Below are positions 18,107 to 28,609 of a DNA stretch of 64,000 nucleotides, one piece after another. The notes below the pieces were generated by a model, which saw only the letters and a list, made by a program, of their open reading frames with translations, was not told the DNA's origin and searched no databases. The stretch covers positions 1-64,000 of IMG/VR virus record IMGVR_UViG_3300026292_000003, one strand, 5' to 3'. The translations under genes and the position numbers were made by a program. Every line of letters begins with the position of its first letter. Position 1 is the stretch's first letter.

Positions 18107-21100
18107 TTATAACTCTATTCCTTTACCAAAGTCTTGCAACTCTTGTGCAGTCTCTGATACAGGTGTACTCAATAATGAACTGCCTGTTTGATTATAACTT
18201 ACAGTATCATTAGCAAATGTAAGTTGATAGTTTGATATTTGAACTACAGCATCTCCAGTATCTGCTGATACTATAAATGTCTGTCCTACTGCTCTTTTCA
18301 TTATTTTTAATGTAGTAGCATCGGTTTTAGCATATTCAATTATCTCTCCACCAACATATACAAATCCTGTGTCATCAAATGCGGTTGTACTTGCTATTGC
18401 TAAATCTGTACTATCTTCATCTATTGCAGAAGTTAGTGTAGATTTTTTAGCATCAAGTAAGGCATATGCTTTCACATTGCCTGCCGCATCTTGTATATGT
18501 GTAAATGTTCTTGAAGTGTTTGCGTATGTGTTACCTGTTGCGTTTGTTTGAACATTAATACGTAACAATTCAAGTGGGTCTATATTTACAAAACTGTTTC
18601 TTTTCTCATCAGCATTAACATTAAAGTTATATGGTGATAAGAAGTTTATTGCTTCTATAGTATCTGCTGGAGTACTAGTAAAGTCTCCACCTGTTACTAT
18701 GTCTGTGCTATCTGCTCCAACATATGTAGTTCCATTAAATGTTGGAGTAAAATCTTGTGTGTTAAGTGTAATTACGTGTGTAGGCGTATCAGTTACAGTT
18801 ATAGAAGTTTCGTCAATAACTTTATAGTTAGTCTTAACTGCACTTATTTTTGTATGGAAAGGTTTAACTTCATTTATGTAGCCTATCGCATTTACTAAAT
18901 TATCTTTCTTAAATGTTCTTGAAGTAGTATCAATTTGACTATCAACTTCAATTTTAACATATGTTGTTTTTCTAATCCAATTTGTTTGAGCAAAAGAACT
19001 TAATGTATAATCAACTATACTAAAGAATAATTTGTTCATCTTTAGTTTATGATATTCTACAAATATATCTTTCTTTAATGCTTCAATAAGAACTTGCCAA
19101 TACTCAGAAACAAATGTATGATCCCAACCTTTTGAATCCCAAGGTGTCATATCAAATCCATCTGATGGACTTAATAAGTCTACATCAAAACGAACTGTAC
19201 TATTTTTCTTATGTACTAGAATCCATTTTGCAGTATCGCTATTGTAATAATAAATTTCACTTCTGTCAAGTTTTAATGCACTATCATATATAGGTAGCTG
19301 AACTACACTATGGAAATCTTTATCTATGTCAGTCTCAAGTTTATCTGTATCTGTAACTGTAGCTGTATAGTTTAATGTACCCAAGTATGTGTTTAATGTA
19401 TAGTCTTTCCAATTCCATAAGTATCTAGGAAAACTATTTGCTAATAATGTTTTATTCCAACTATCTTTGTACTCGTCGTGTAAGTTTATATCTTCTAATA
19501 ACTTATTAATTGTTATAATTGCGTTACGTCTTGCAGTAGTTAAATTATTAAACCAAGTTTGTCCAATACTTAATTCGTCACCGTACTTGTTAAATCTATG
19601 TAAAGTTTGATGTGGAATCTTTCTCAAACTCTTATCCCAACCTGCTAAATTATATTTCATTCCTTCAATATAGTATTCTGGAATAGTATCTAAGTCTTTA
19701 GTTATTAATGTCCATTCGTTATGAGATTTAAATTTATCTCCTACTAAATTAATTTGTAATACTGTACTTGTATCTTCAACATAATAACTAACATTGTCAA
19801 TAATAAAAGTTTCATTGTCTAATACTGCAAACCAACTTATTCCATTGGCTGTTGGGTTTTCAATAATGTTTGCAACATCAAATGCTGATAAAGTTCTTGT
19901 TCCGTTTATAGTAGTTTTATTTTTAACCCAGTAGTAGAATACATCAGTGTATGTACCTGTGTTAGAATTGTATTCTTGTTCTTGTGAATAATAATATAAT
20001 GTTTCTCTGGCTGTAGCGTCATATACTGAGTAAGCTTCTCCTGTTGCAGTAACACCAAACATTTCTTTTTGTGATGTAACTGATTCAGCATAATCGTCTG
20101 GAGCAACTGTAGATTTAATCCACTCCCATACTACAATTTCACTTCCTGGATATAGTTTACCCCACATATCTTTTTTATATGATATACTACCTTGATCATA
20201 ATCATAGTAACGTACTTTACTTGTATCCCACCATCTAGTTCCTACTTGTTCTTCTCCCCAAGCATTATCATCTTCAATAAAACGATTTGTGTCTGTTGAC
20301 AAGTTATATATTGCATTATCATTTACACCTGAATAATCTAAATTCTGTTCTGCGATACCTGGTATAATTTTTCTCATTGGGTCGTATGCTTCAAGTTGAA
20401 CCTTTGTTTGATTTGTTTTATGATTGTATATAATAATACTATCAACATCTGCATTTGATGGTCTTGCTATAGTTTGTCTTACAGTAGTTAATCCTACTGC
20501 GTCTGTAGTTGATACAAATGTTCCATTTATAGTACCATTGTTACTTGATACAACTAAAGTTCCTGTAGGTAAGTTCCAATGTGATTTTGTTAATGCGGAA
20601 TCTCTTTGTGTATGGTTTGCAAACCTAGTAGTTACTAATGGCATAATTGAAACTGCGTTACCACACTCTTTAATAAACTCATCTATGTAGAAAATTCTAC
20701 CTGCGTTACTTCCTGTACCTAGTTTAGTAACTTTATGTATTCCATCTATGTTAGGTGTAGTGGTTGTGTTTAATAACATAACAAAGTCACCTACTTGTAA
20801 TCCGTGATCAATATTTGTTGTTACTTCTGCATCATTACCATCACTTGTAGCTGTACCTGCACAAATTCCACAATGTGTTCCATCAACACTCTTAGAGTAT
20901 AGTGGAGAATGATTTTGAATTACTTGTAGTACATTGTATCCAAAGAATTTTGTATTAATACCTTCAACATCAGATATTTCAAAATCACTATCATCTGTAA
21001 TTAATATATTAAATGTTGCTGGATCTAAACTTGGATCAACTGGTGCACCACCGAATTGATTTATATCAAATGTATTTTGTACAGTTCCTTCAGCGGCCTC

Positions 21101-24100
21101 AAGTGTTCCTGTAGCAATACCTGCTATTGAGTTAAAGTCTGTATTACCAAGTGTTAATGATTGTCCTGTAGATGTTATTTTAATTCTGTTTGCATCTGCT
21201 GTAATTGTTACTTCAGTATTGTTTGCAGATGTTAATGCAGATTGTATTTGACTAATAGCTGAATTCATTCTAGTAGTTACATTTACACTACTTGTTGTTG
21301 CTGTATAAGACTCATTTAATCCAACTGTAGTTCTAGCAGTACCTGCAACTGACATTGTTGTGTTAGTACTTGTTAGTTTTAATTGACTATTCTCATCTGA
21401 AGCTGTTACTGAAAATAAGTTTGAAGTATCATTAATTTGAGAAACTATATCAGATAAGTTTAATGCAACAGATTGTTGTTGTACTTCTGTAGGAGGTGCA
21501 GTAACTTTTCCACTTGCTGGAAATCCTAAATCAGTATTAGTAGCACCTGCGGACAATGTTAATGTTTCATTAGGATCTGTTGTTGTAAATGTAAGTTCTA
21601 ATAAGTTTGCAGTAGTAACTATACTTGCTGTTAATCCTGTAATACTTGCATTATTAATTGCGTTCATAATTTCAGTAGTCGTCATTTGATCTGGAATATG
21701 TGTTAGTGTTATTGCTACTGCGGCATTCTGCGTTGGTTGTGCATTAAGAGTTAATACTTGACCATTAATAGTCCAACCAGTTTCAAGTACACCGTCTATA
21801 GTTACACTTGCAACACTATAAGTACTATTTGATAATGCTTGTGATATTGTATAAGCTGTCTTAATGAGAGGTTGATGAGTCAGTGTAATATCAACTGCCT
21901 CACCACCTGTCATTGTTGGATTGTTAATTGTAACAACCTGTCCATTCAGAACATAGTCTGAAGTTGGTACGATGGTACTGTCTACTTCCACTTTAAGAAC
22001 ACTCCAGGTACTCGGACTTAAACTTTGATTAATTGTAAAATCTGTTTGACTTGCTGTAGCTGTATTAGTTTCTGTTATATCAGCTGGTGCAATATTATCT
22101 GCGTTAAATGATTCAGTTACGTCTGCTGGTGTAATATCAAAATTAATTAATGTACCATTAACTGTAATTTGTTTACCAGTTACATCTGCAAAACTAGCAT
22201 TACCAGAAGTAGCTCTCATAACTGCATCACCAGTAACTACTGTAACGTTCTGTGATTTACTAAATCCAATACTTACACCATCAATAATTAATGTCTCACT
22301 TGGTAAGAATGTTGGACTTACTACAGTACCTACTGCTTCTATATCTTGATATTCTGTTGCTGTATCATTAAATGTAACTGTAGTACCTGCAATGTTTGCA
22401 ACTGTTCCATTAGGAAATACTGGGTTAGTTACTGTACCAATCTCTTCTATGTTGGCGGCAACTTCCGTAAGTCCTGTAAAGTTAACACTACATTTCCATA
22501 ACTGTCCTTCATGTCTTACTAGGTCATCTTTCTTATAACTTGTAGTAGAATTCCACGTAGGAATTGTTGCGTATGATTCTGTAGAATCAAAAACATTTAT
22601 TTCAGATGAATTTGATATATAATATTTTGTTTCTGTTGTTAATGTTTCTCCACCAGTTAATATTTCTGATGATGAATCGTCATAGCTTAATGTTTCAAAT
22701 GTTGTTGCTACGTCATTTATAATCTTTTTTGTATCAACTTGAGATAAGTCAATAGATAAAGGTAAGTTTATAATATCACTTGATACTATTTCCATCTCAA
22801 ATGGTTCTTGTAAATTATCATTACCTAATGTTGATTGTCTGAACATATATTGTTCAAATGCTGATAGGCTTGTTGTTCCTCCATCGAGTATAGTTGATCT
22901 ACCAAATCTTTCAATCGCACCTTTGGTACCTTTTTGTTTAATAACACCTTGATGAAAGTTTGTAATAGTATTTTTGTTTAGTCCTAATCCACTTACCCAA
23001 TCTTTATCAATGTTACCTATAGTTAAATCTTTTGATTTAGTAATTGCTGAATTAAATTCATCTACATCAGTTCTATAAATGTCATCAACGGCTTGAACTG
23101 CACTATCAAAGTTTTCAACAATATGATCACCGAACACCAAGTAACCTGGTGCATTCTTTTCACCATTCCATTCTTGTGTACGTTGACCTCTTATTAATAA
23201 TCTTTGTTGTCTTTTATTTTTAACATCGTCATATAAGTCAACACCTAATGCTGTTTTATTTTCAAATATTAATGCGTGTTCAAAATTTGTAGTAGCACTA
23301 GTAATACTTCCAATAAATGCTTGTTCTTTAGTTTCAATAGATACTGTTCCATCTTGTCTGTTTATACTTAAATCGCTATGCTGAATCTTATTACTATACA
23401 TATCAAGTATATTATTGTTATTGTAAATTAATGTGTTATAAGGATATACATATCCACTAGGTGGTGTATACGAAACTCTTCTTCCTATTTGTAATATGTA
23501 AGTATCTTTTTCTTCAGCAGTATTTGTCCAATTAACAAAGTCAGCGGCATTTTGGTCGCCTGCAAATTGTAATGTGTATCCTTTGCTTTCTAAATAGTTC
23601 CAGTAGCCTCTGATGAAATTATACACGTCTTGTATCTTAGAAACTTTAGTATCAAATTCTAATGTGCTAGGTGTTGTTACAAATTTATTATATCTTCTTA
23701 CAGTAGCATTATTAATCGTTTGTAATTCATAGTCATTGCCACCGTTACCTAAATTAGGTTCAAAGAATTTAAATTCTCTTTTATTATCTGATACACCAGA
23801 TACTTTATATGCATCTGCAGTTTTAGTAATAAGTAAAATAGATGCATTAACAAAACTATTAGACTGTCCTTCATACATTGATATATTATAATCACTGCTA
23901 CCAAGTTCAAAGTCACCGTAGTAACTAGTTTCTCCAAATATACTTAAAAGATGTTGACTACTATATCCTTCAAGTTTTTGTAATAGTTTTGTTGTTAAAT
24001 TTTTATATAATTCTTTTTGGTTATTATCTAACTGTTTTCTTTTAAAGTAATTGTGTTGTGCTTGTGATATTCCGTTAGCTACAAATGAAACTTCTTTTAA

Positions 24101-27100
24101 AGATAATTCAATACCAGGTGCTACACTTAAACTAGTACTATAAGAAAGAATTGGTATACCAGTAAAGTGTTTACCTCTGTCTACCATACTCATTGCTGAT
24201 ATTTTTGTAGCTGTTGTTTTAAATCTTGCTGTACCTATTGTACTTTGATTATCGTCTAGTATATAAAACTCTTCTGAGTCTACTAGGTTTGAACTAGTAG
24301 ATACTTTTATTTCATTAACAACTTTATAAGTTTCACCAGGCATAGTAAAACAAGAACTGTTTATATATTTCTTATCATATGATGAAGCATAGTCTCTAAC
24401 TTTTCCTGGTTGGAAATAATCTGACCAAGCTCTAGCTGGATTTAATTTCAACATAGCATTAACAGTCATAGCTTGACCTAATGCAGATTGTCTCCATTCA
24501 ATCTCTACAGGACCCCAATCACCAAACACAAAGTCTTGAGATGCATCAACATTTGTTGGCGTACCTAAAACATTATGTGGACTTTCTAACTGTCCATTAG
24601 GTTTTACAGGACAATTATTTGTAAAGTCCCAATTACGTCTTGCGTATTTTATATCTTGTTTTTTATTTGGATATGCTTGTGGTGCAACTGTACCTACGTT
24701 TAACGCACCTATTAGTGCCGCACGTTTTGTAGCATCTGTCCAACTATAATACGTATCCCACCAAGTAGGTTTAAACGCATAGCCTAGCATATGCCAAGGT
24801 GTTAAGTGTGGCGTAGCAGTACCAAACAACGTCATGTATGCACCTTTATAATGTCCTGGCAGTTTGTTAGTACCAAACTTACCTCCAACACTTAATGAGC
24901 TATAATTCCAAGTAAATGTATCGTTAACATCATAATAGTTTTCAGTATTAAATGATGTCTTTTTATTTTGTATAGCCCACTTCTCATAAAACTTTTCTAA
25001 ATAATTATCAACGGTTGCTAAATCATACCAAGCACTTATATGATGACTTGGCATATAATCAGTAGGAGTTTTATATTTGTCTTTTATAATGCTATCATCT
25101 CTGTACATTAAATCTTGTGTAACTAGTCCAGCATATATTCTTTTTTCTAAATCAAACAATGCCGCGTGTACAGGATCAAAGTTAGCACCACTTACGTTTG
25201 TAATCTGTCCGTTAATTGTATAAGTAGAACCATCGTGTGTATATAATGTTGATCCAACTACTTGAGGTTGCATACCAAAAGCTAGTCCAAGTTTAACCAT
25301 ACTCTGTGGAACAAAGCATTCACTATCCATTTGATTGTAAACTACTTTAAGTATTGGACTTGTATTTAAATTATCAAGTGATGCGTATGTAAGTTTTAAA
25401 TATATAGTATCACCTATAAAATCATAATCAGTATCTTTTAATAATATTCTTTCTACTTGGTTATTGTTACCATCGTTTTCAGTTAGATATACATACAAGT
25501 GATCTCTAATATTTTGATCACCGTGCATATTAAATTTTGTTTTAAAATCATATATTGTAATATTTGATATAGTAAATGTTTCAGTATCATAGCTGTTACT
25601 ATAAACCATATTAGAATCAATATAAAGTTCTGAATCTTTTTTATTTCTAATAACTTCATTAATTGCTGATTCAGTTAAAAGTTTTATACTAGAATTATTT
25701 GCTCCTACTGAATATAATCTTTTAGCCTGTGCTAAAAATCTTTTTCTAAAAGCATACCATTCGTTAGCTTGTTCGTTAAGTGTTGCAGTTATATTTAAAT
25801 TTGTATCTGAGTAGTTTATATCATGCATTATACTAATGTCAGGGTGTATAAACATAGTACCACCATAGTATGGAGTATGTACAATACTAGCATAATTATT
25901 TTCACCAAACATAGTTCCAGAGTAACCTGGATTGACTACAAGTTTATCTAACCAATGATCAATAGTTTCACTCATAGTAAATGTTTTAATACATTCATTA
26001 TTAGCATTATGTTCTAATGTTTCTGGAAAACTAATATTTGTTGTTGGATTAGTTTTATCATTGCTCACCCAGTTAAAGTCAACTAGGTCACCTTTTGTGA
26101 AAGCACTCTCATCTATTACAGTACTTGTAGCACCAACAGTTACTAATGAGTTAGAAACTTTGTTGCCATTTATTGTTACGTCATAAAATAATCTATCCCA
26201 ATTCTCTGAGATTGACATTGAAGCCATTTCATTTGCGTCTGCAAATATACTAAAGTTATCACCGTCACTGTTTGCTCCTGTTACTATTGTAATTTCTGTT
26301 CCGTTTCTAGTAATGGTTATAGCAGGTATTGGATTAGAGCCTGGATTTTCAATATCAACTTGCCCAACTTTAAATGTAATTGTGTAACCTGTTAAGTTAT
26401 TAATTTTAATTGTTTGGTTAACACCTAATAAATGTCTAGTGTTTTTATGTGATTCATTGTAAGTACCGTTGTTGTTACACTTGGCTAATACAAGCATATT
26501 ACCTTTAACTATTACATTATATTCTTCAACTGGTCTCCAATTATCAGTACCAACTGGTATAGTCAATGGCGTATCAGCAATAGTAATCTCATATTGCTTT
26601 TCTTCTCTAGCACTTGTTAATTCTCCCGACGGTCTGTAAAATGTATGTAAGTTATTTTTAATTTTAATATGGTTATAACCTTCTACCATTTTTGAATAAC
26701 TTTGATCTCTAACTGCGTCGTCGTAACTCTTTTTATATTCTTTAGTTAATAAATAATTTTCAAATTCATATTCAGCACCCTTTGGTGTATCTTTGTAACT
26801 TAATATATGTCCAATTTCTGGATCAACAAAAGTACCTGTTCCAACTTTATATCCAAAAATCTTTTCTCCAGCAAATCCTGTGCCGAGGATAGTTTCTAAA
26901 GGAACGCCATAGTAATCATAAAATCTATACAATGGATATTGATTGGTTTTTATTTTTTGTTGAGCTAATGTAATTGTACTATTTGTATAATAAACATCTG
27001 CATAGTTCCAATCTGCGTAAGCTGTACTTGCTACAGATTCAATATTCATTGTATCGTTTTCAGCTAAAGTTTTTACTACTGTAGGTGTTGTTGAAGTTTT

Positions 27101-28606
27101 CTTATAAACTTTAGTATCACTATTATCAACATAAACATAAGTAGATCCTATTGGAAAGTCAGTTAAACTTTCTCCACTAACTACACCATAGTTAACTTTT
27201 CCTATACTGTTTGGAGTAATATGTTTTGCGTGATTCCATAAATCTAATCCAGTATCATATTCTATAATAGGCCTTTGTGCTATTCTATATTCTTTTAAAA
27301 TTTCTGTAAAATCATATGTAGGAATTAGTTCTTCTACTTTATTAATTGTAGCAAAGTTAACCCATCTGTTTCCTCTACTCCAAGCTGTTTGAAATACGTC
27401 TGCTCTGTCAATAACAATGTAATCTTTTTTAGGATAAGGAACACTACCGTGATCCCATTTGTCATTGTCATCATATTGATCTAGTGCATTAATAAGAGCA
27501 AGTTCATCAGCAGTAATACCTGCAACGTTTGCTAGTGTATATACTCCACCACTAAACGTTGCTTCTACTAATTTTTTAATTGAAACATCACCTGTGGTTG
27601 CATCTACTTGAGTAATGTATATAGATTCATTGTCGCCTTGATTTGTATGTATCCAATCACTATTAAACTTTATTAAAGTTCCTGATAAAAACTGTGTAGG
27701 GTTAGACTTAATACCATTAAATTTAAAACCATCAAATATAGGTAATCTATTTGTATCAGCATTGTAAGCATCAATTACTAATTGAGGTGAGAGGTTTCCA
27801 GCATTGTAATAAGTATTATCTATATTTGGAGATACTCTTACTACTTCACTTTTATCCCAAGTACCAGGATTATCTGATGAATGTTTAACAACATTTCCAT
27901 ATACCTTAACACCATTTTCATCTTTATATAATTCTAATTTTGTTTCTGGGTTGGTTGCTGTTACTAGATAAGTTTTATTTTCTATTTCTGCCGCCCAACC
28001 TGTTCCACTAAATTTTATAAGCATTCCAACTTGTAATACAAAAGAATTATTATCGTCAGTTAGTTTATATGCTGGTATACTTTGCATTTCAATTAATGGA
28101 TTTGATGCAACATTTCCATTGTTATTATATGTAGTAACATACTTACTTTCATATACTGGCATCTCTTCTACCCATCTATAGTTTTTGTAGTTTAAAAATT
28201 TATCAACATTAATAGGTGGACTAAAAGTATGTTTACTTGATGAATACGAAGCATTGTAATTATAAGTTTCAAAGTTTTGATTTATTGAATATGCTATATC
28301 ATCAAATGCAATTTTATTAGTTAATTCGTTATTATCTGAATAAGATACAATAGCAGGTTTTAATTGAGTTTTATTTCTAAGGTTAGTATCAATACTAGGA
28401 GTTACATAAGTATCACTTGATACTGAATGCTTTCCATTTTTACTTCCTACGTAACCATTAACTTGGCCTAGAGGTCCTTTAGAAACCATTTGGTCAAGAG
28501 TACTATCTAGCCAACTCTTATTAATGTTTGTTTGAAAAACATTAGGTAAGAAATTACTAGTTTTAATCTTGTTTACCTTATTTGGGCCTGCTTTCTTTTT
28601 AGCCAT
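18107..28606 (-). CDS. giant baseplate wedge/structural protein (3499 aa)
   Basis: Follows gp6; YINEVKPFHTKI wedge motif; WNSTTSYKKDDLVRHEGQLWKC carbohydrate-binding-like module; T/N-rich beta modules. Confidence 0.75.
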   Translation of the reverse strand: MAKKKAGPNKVNKIKTSNFLPNVFQTNINKSWLDSTLDQMVSKGPLGQVNGYVGSKNGKHSVSSDTYVTPSIDTNLRNKTQLKPAIVSYSDNNELTNKIAFDDIAYSINQNFETYNYNASYSSSKHTFSPPINVDKFLNYKNYRWVEEMPVYESKYVTTYNNNGNVASNPLIEMQSIPAYKLTDDNNSFVLQVGMLIKFSGTGWAAEIENKTYLVTATNPETKLELYKDENGVKVYGNVVKHSSDNPGTWDKSEVVRVSPNIDNTYYNAGNLSPQLVIDAYNADTNRLPIFDGFKFNGIKSNPTQFLSGTLIKFNSDWIHTNQGDNESIYITQVDATTGDVSIKKLVEATFSGGVYTLANVAGITADELALINALDQYDDNDKWDHGSVPYPKKDYIVIDRADVFQTAWSRGNRWVNFATINKVEELIPTYDFTEILKEYRIAQRPIIEYDTGLDLWNHAKHITPNSIGKVNYGVVSGESLTDFPIGSTYVYVDNSDTKVYKKTSTTPTVVKTLAENDTMNIESVASTAYADWNYADVYYTNSTITLAQQKIKTNQYPLYRFYDYYGVPLETILGTGFAGEKIFGYKVGTGTFVDPEIGHILSYKDTPKGAEYEFENYLLTKEYKKSYDDAVRDQSYSKMVEGYNHIKIKNNLHTFYRPSGELTSAREEKQYEITIADTPLTIPVGTDNWRPVEEYNVIVKGNMLVLAKCNNNGTYNESHKNTRHLLGVNQTIKINNLTGYTITFKVGQVDIENPGSNPIPAITITRNGTEITIVTGANSDGDNFSIFADANEMASMSISENWDRLFYDVTINGNKVSNSLVTVGATSTVIDESAFTKGDLVDFNWVSNDKTNPTTNISFPETLEHNANNECIKTFTMSETIDHWLDKLVVNPGYSGTMFGENNYASIVHTPYYGGTMFIHPDISIMHDINYSDTNLNITATLNEQANEWYAFRKRFLAQAKRLYSVGANNSSIKLLTESAINEVIRNKKDSELYIDSNMVYSNSYDTETFTISNITIYDFKTKFNMHGDQNIRDHLYVYLTENDGNNNQVERILLKDTDYDFIGDTIYLKLTYASLDNLNTSPILKVVYNQMDSECFVPQSMVKLGLAFGMQPQVVGSTLYTHDGSTYTINGQITNVSGANFDPVHAALFDLEKRIYAGLVTQDLMYRDDSIIKDKYKTPTDYMPSHHISAWYDLATVDNYLEKFYEKWAIQNKKTSFNTENYYDVNDTFTWNYSSLSVGGKFGTNKLPGHYKGAYMTLFGTATPHLTPWHMLGYAFKPTWWDTYYSWTDATKRAALIGALNVGTVAPQAYPNKKQDIKYARRNWDFTNNCPVKPNGQLESPHNVLGTPTNVDASQDFVFGDWGPVEIEWRQSALGQAMTVNAMLKLNPARAWSDYFQPGKVRDYASSYDKKYINSSCFTMPGETYKVVNEIKVSTSSNLVDSEEFYILDDNQSTIGTARFKTTATKISAMSMVDRGKHFTGIPILSYSTSLSVAPGIELSLKEVSFVANGISQAQHNYFKRKQLDNNQKELYKNLTTKLLQKLEGYSSQHLLSIFGETSYYGDFELGSSDYNISMYEGQSNSFVNASILLITKTADAYKVSGVSDNKREFKFFEPNLGNGGNDYELQTINNATVRRYNKFVTTPSTLEFDTKVSKIQDVYNFIRGYWNYLESKGYTLQFAGDQNAADFVNWTNTAEEKDTYILQIGRRVSYTPPSGYVYPYNTLIYNNNNILDMYSNKIQHSDLSINRQDGTVSIETKEQAFIGSITSATTNFEHALIFENKTALGVDLYDDVKNKRQQRLLIRGQRTQEWNGEKNAPGYLVFGDHIVENFDSAVQAVDDIYRTDVDEFNSAITKSKDLTIGNIDKDWVSGLGLNKNTITNFHQGVIKQKGTKGAIERFGRSTILDGGTTSLSAFEQYMFRQSTLGNDNLQEPFEMEIVSSDIINLPLSIDLSQVDTKKIINDVATTFETLSYDDSSSEILTGGETLTTETKYYISNSSEINVFDSTESYATIPTWNSTTSYKKDDLVRHEGQLWKCSVNFTGLTEVAANIEEIGTVTNPVFPNGTVANIAGTTVTFNDTATEYQDIEAVGTVVSPTFLPSETLIIDGVSIGFSKSQNVTVVTGDAVMRATSGNASFADVTGKQITVNGTLINFDITPADVTESFNADNIAPADITETNTATASQTDFTINQSLSPSTWSVLKVEVDSTIVPTSDYVLNGQVVTINNPTMTGGEAVDITLTHQPLIKTAYTISQALSNSTYSVASVTIDGVLETGWTINGQVLTLNAQPTQNAAVAITLTHIPDQMTTTEIMNAINNASITGLTASIVTTANLLELTFTTTDPNETLTLSAGATNTDLGFPASGKVTAPPTEVQQQSVALNLSDIVSQINDTSNLFSVTASDENSQLKLTSTNTTMSVAGTARTTVGLNESYTATTSSVNVTTRMNSAISQIQSALTSANNTEVTITADANRIKITSTGQSLTLGNTDFNSIAGIATGTLEAAEGTVQNTFDINQFGGAPVDPSLDPATFNILITDDSDFEISDVEGINTKFFGYNVLQVIQNHSPLYSKSVDGTHCGICAGTATSDGNDAEVTTNIDHGLQVGDFVMLLNTTTTPNIDGIHKVTKLGTGSNAGRIFYIDEFIKECGNAVSIMPLVTTRFANHTQRDSALTKSHWNLPTGTLVVSSNNGTINGTFVSTTDAVGLTTVRQTIARPSNADVDSIIIYNHKTNQTKVQLEAYDPMRKIIPGIAEQNLDYSGVNDNAIYNLSTDTNRFIEDDNAWGEEQVGTRWWDTSKVRYYDYDQGSISYKKDMWGKLYPGSEIVVWEWIKSTVAPDDYAESVTSQKEMFGVTATGEAYSVYDATARETLYYYSQEQEYNSNTGTYTDVFYYWVKNKTTINGTRTLSAFDVANIIENPTANGISWFAVLDNETFIIDNVSYYVEDTSTVLQINLVGDKFKSHNEWTLITKDLDTIPEYYIEGMKYNLAGWDKSLRKIPHQTLHRFNKYGDELSIGQTWFNNLTTARRNAIITINKLLEDINLHDEYKDSWNKTLLANSFPRYLWNWKDYTLNTYLGTLNYTATVTDTDKLETDIDKDFHSVVQLPIYDSALKLDRSEIYYYNSDTAKWILVHKKNSTVRFDVDLLSPSDGFDMTPWDSKGWDHTFVSEYWQVLIEALKKDIFVEYHKLKMNKLFFSIVDYTLSSFAQTNWIRKTTYVKIEVDSQIDTTSRTFKKDNLVNAIGYINEVKPFHTKISAVKTNYKVIDETSITVTDTPTHVITLNTQDFTPTFNGTTYVGADSTDIVTGGDFTSTPADTIEAINFLSPYNFNVNADEKRNSFVNIDPLELLRINVQTNATGNTYANTSRTFTHIQDAAGNVKAYALLDAKKSTLTSAIDEDSTDLAIASTTAFDDTGFVYVGGEIIEYAKTDATTLKIMKRAVGQTFIVSADTGDAVVQISNYQLTFANDTVSYNQTGSSLLSTPVSETAQELQDFGKGIEL

Positions 28607-28609
28607 TTA

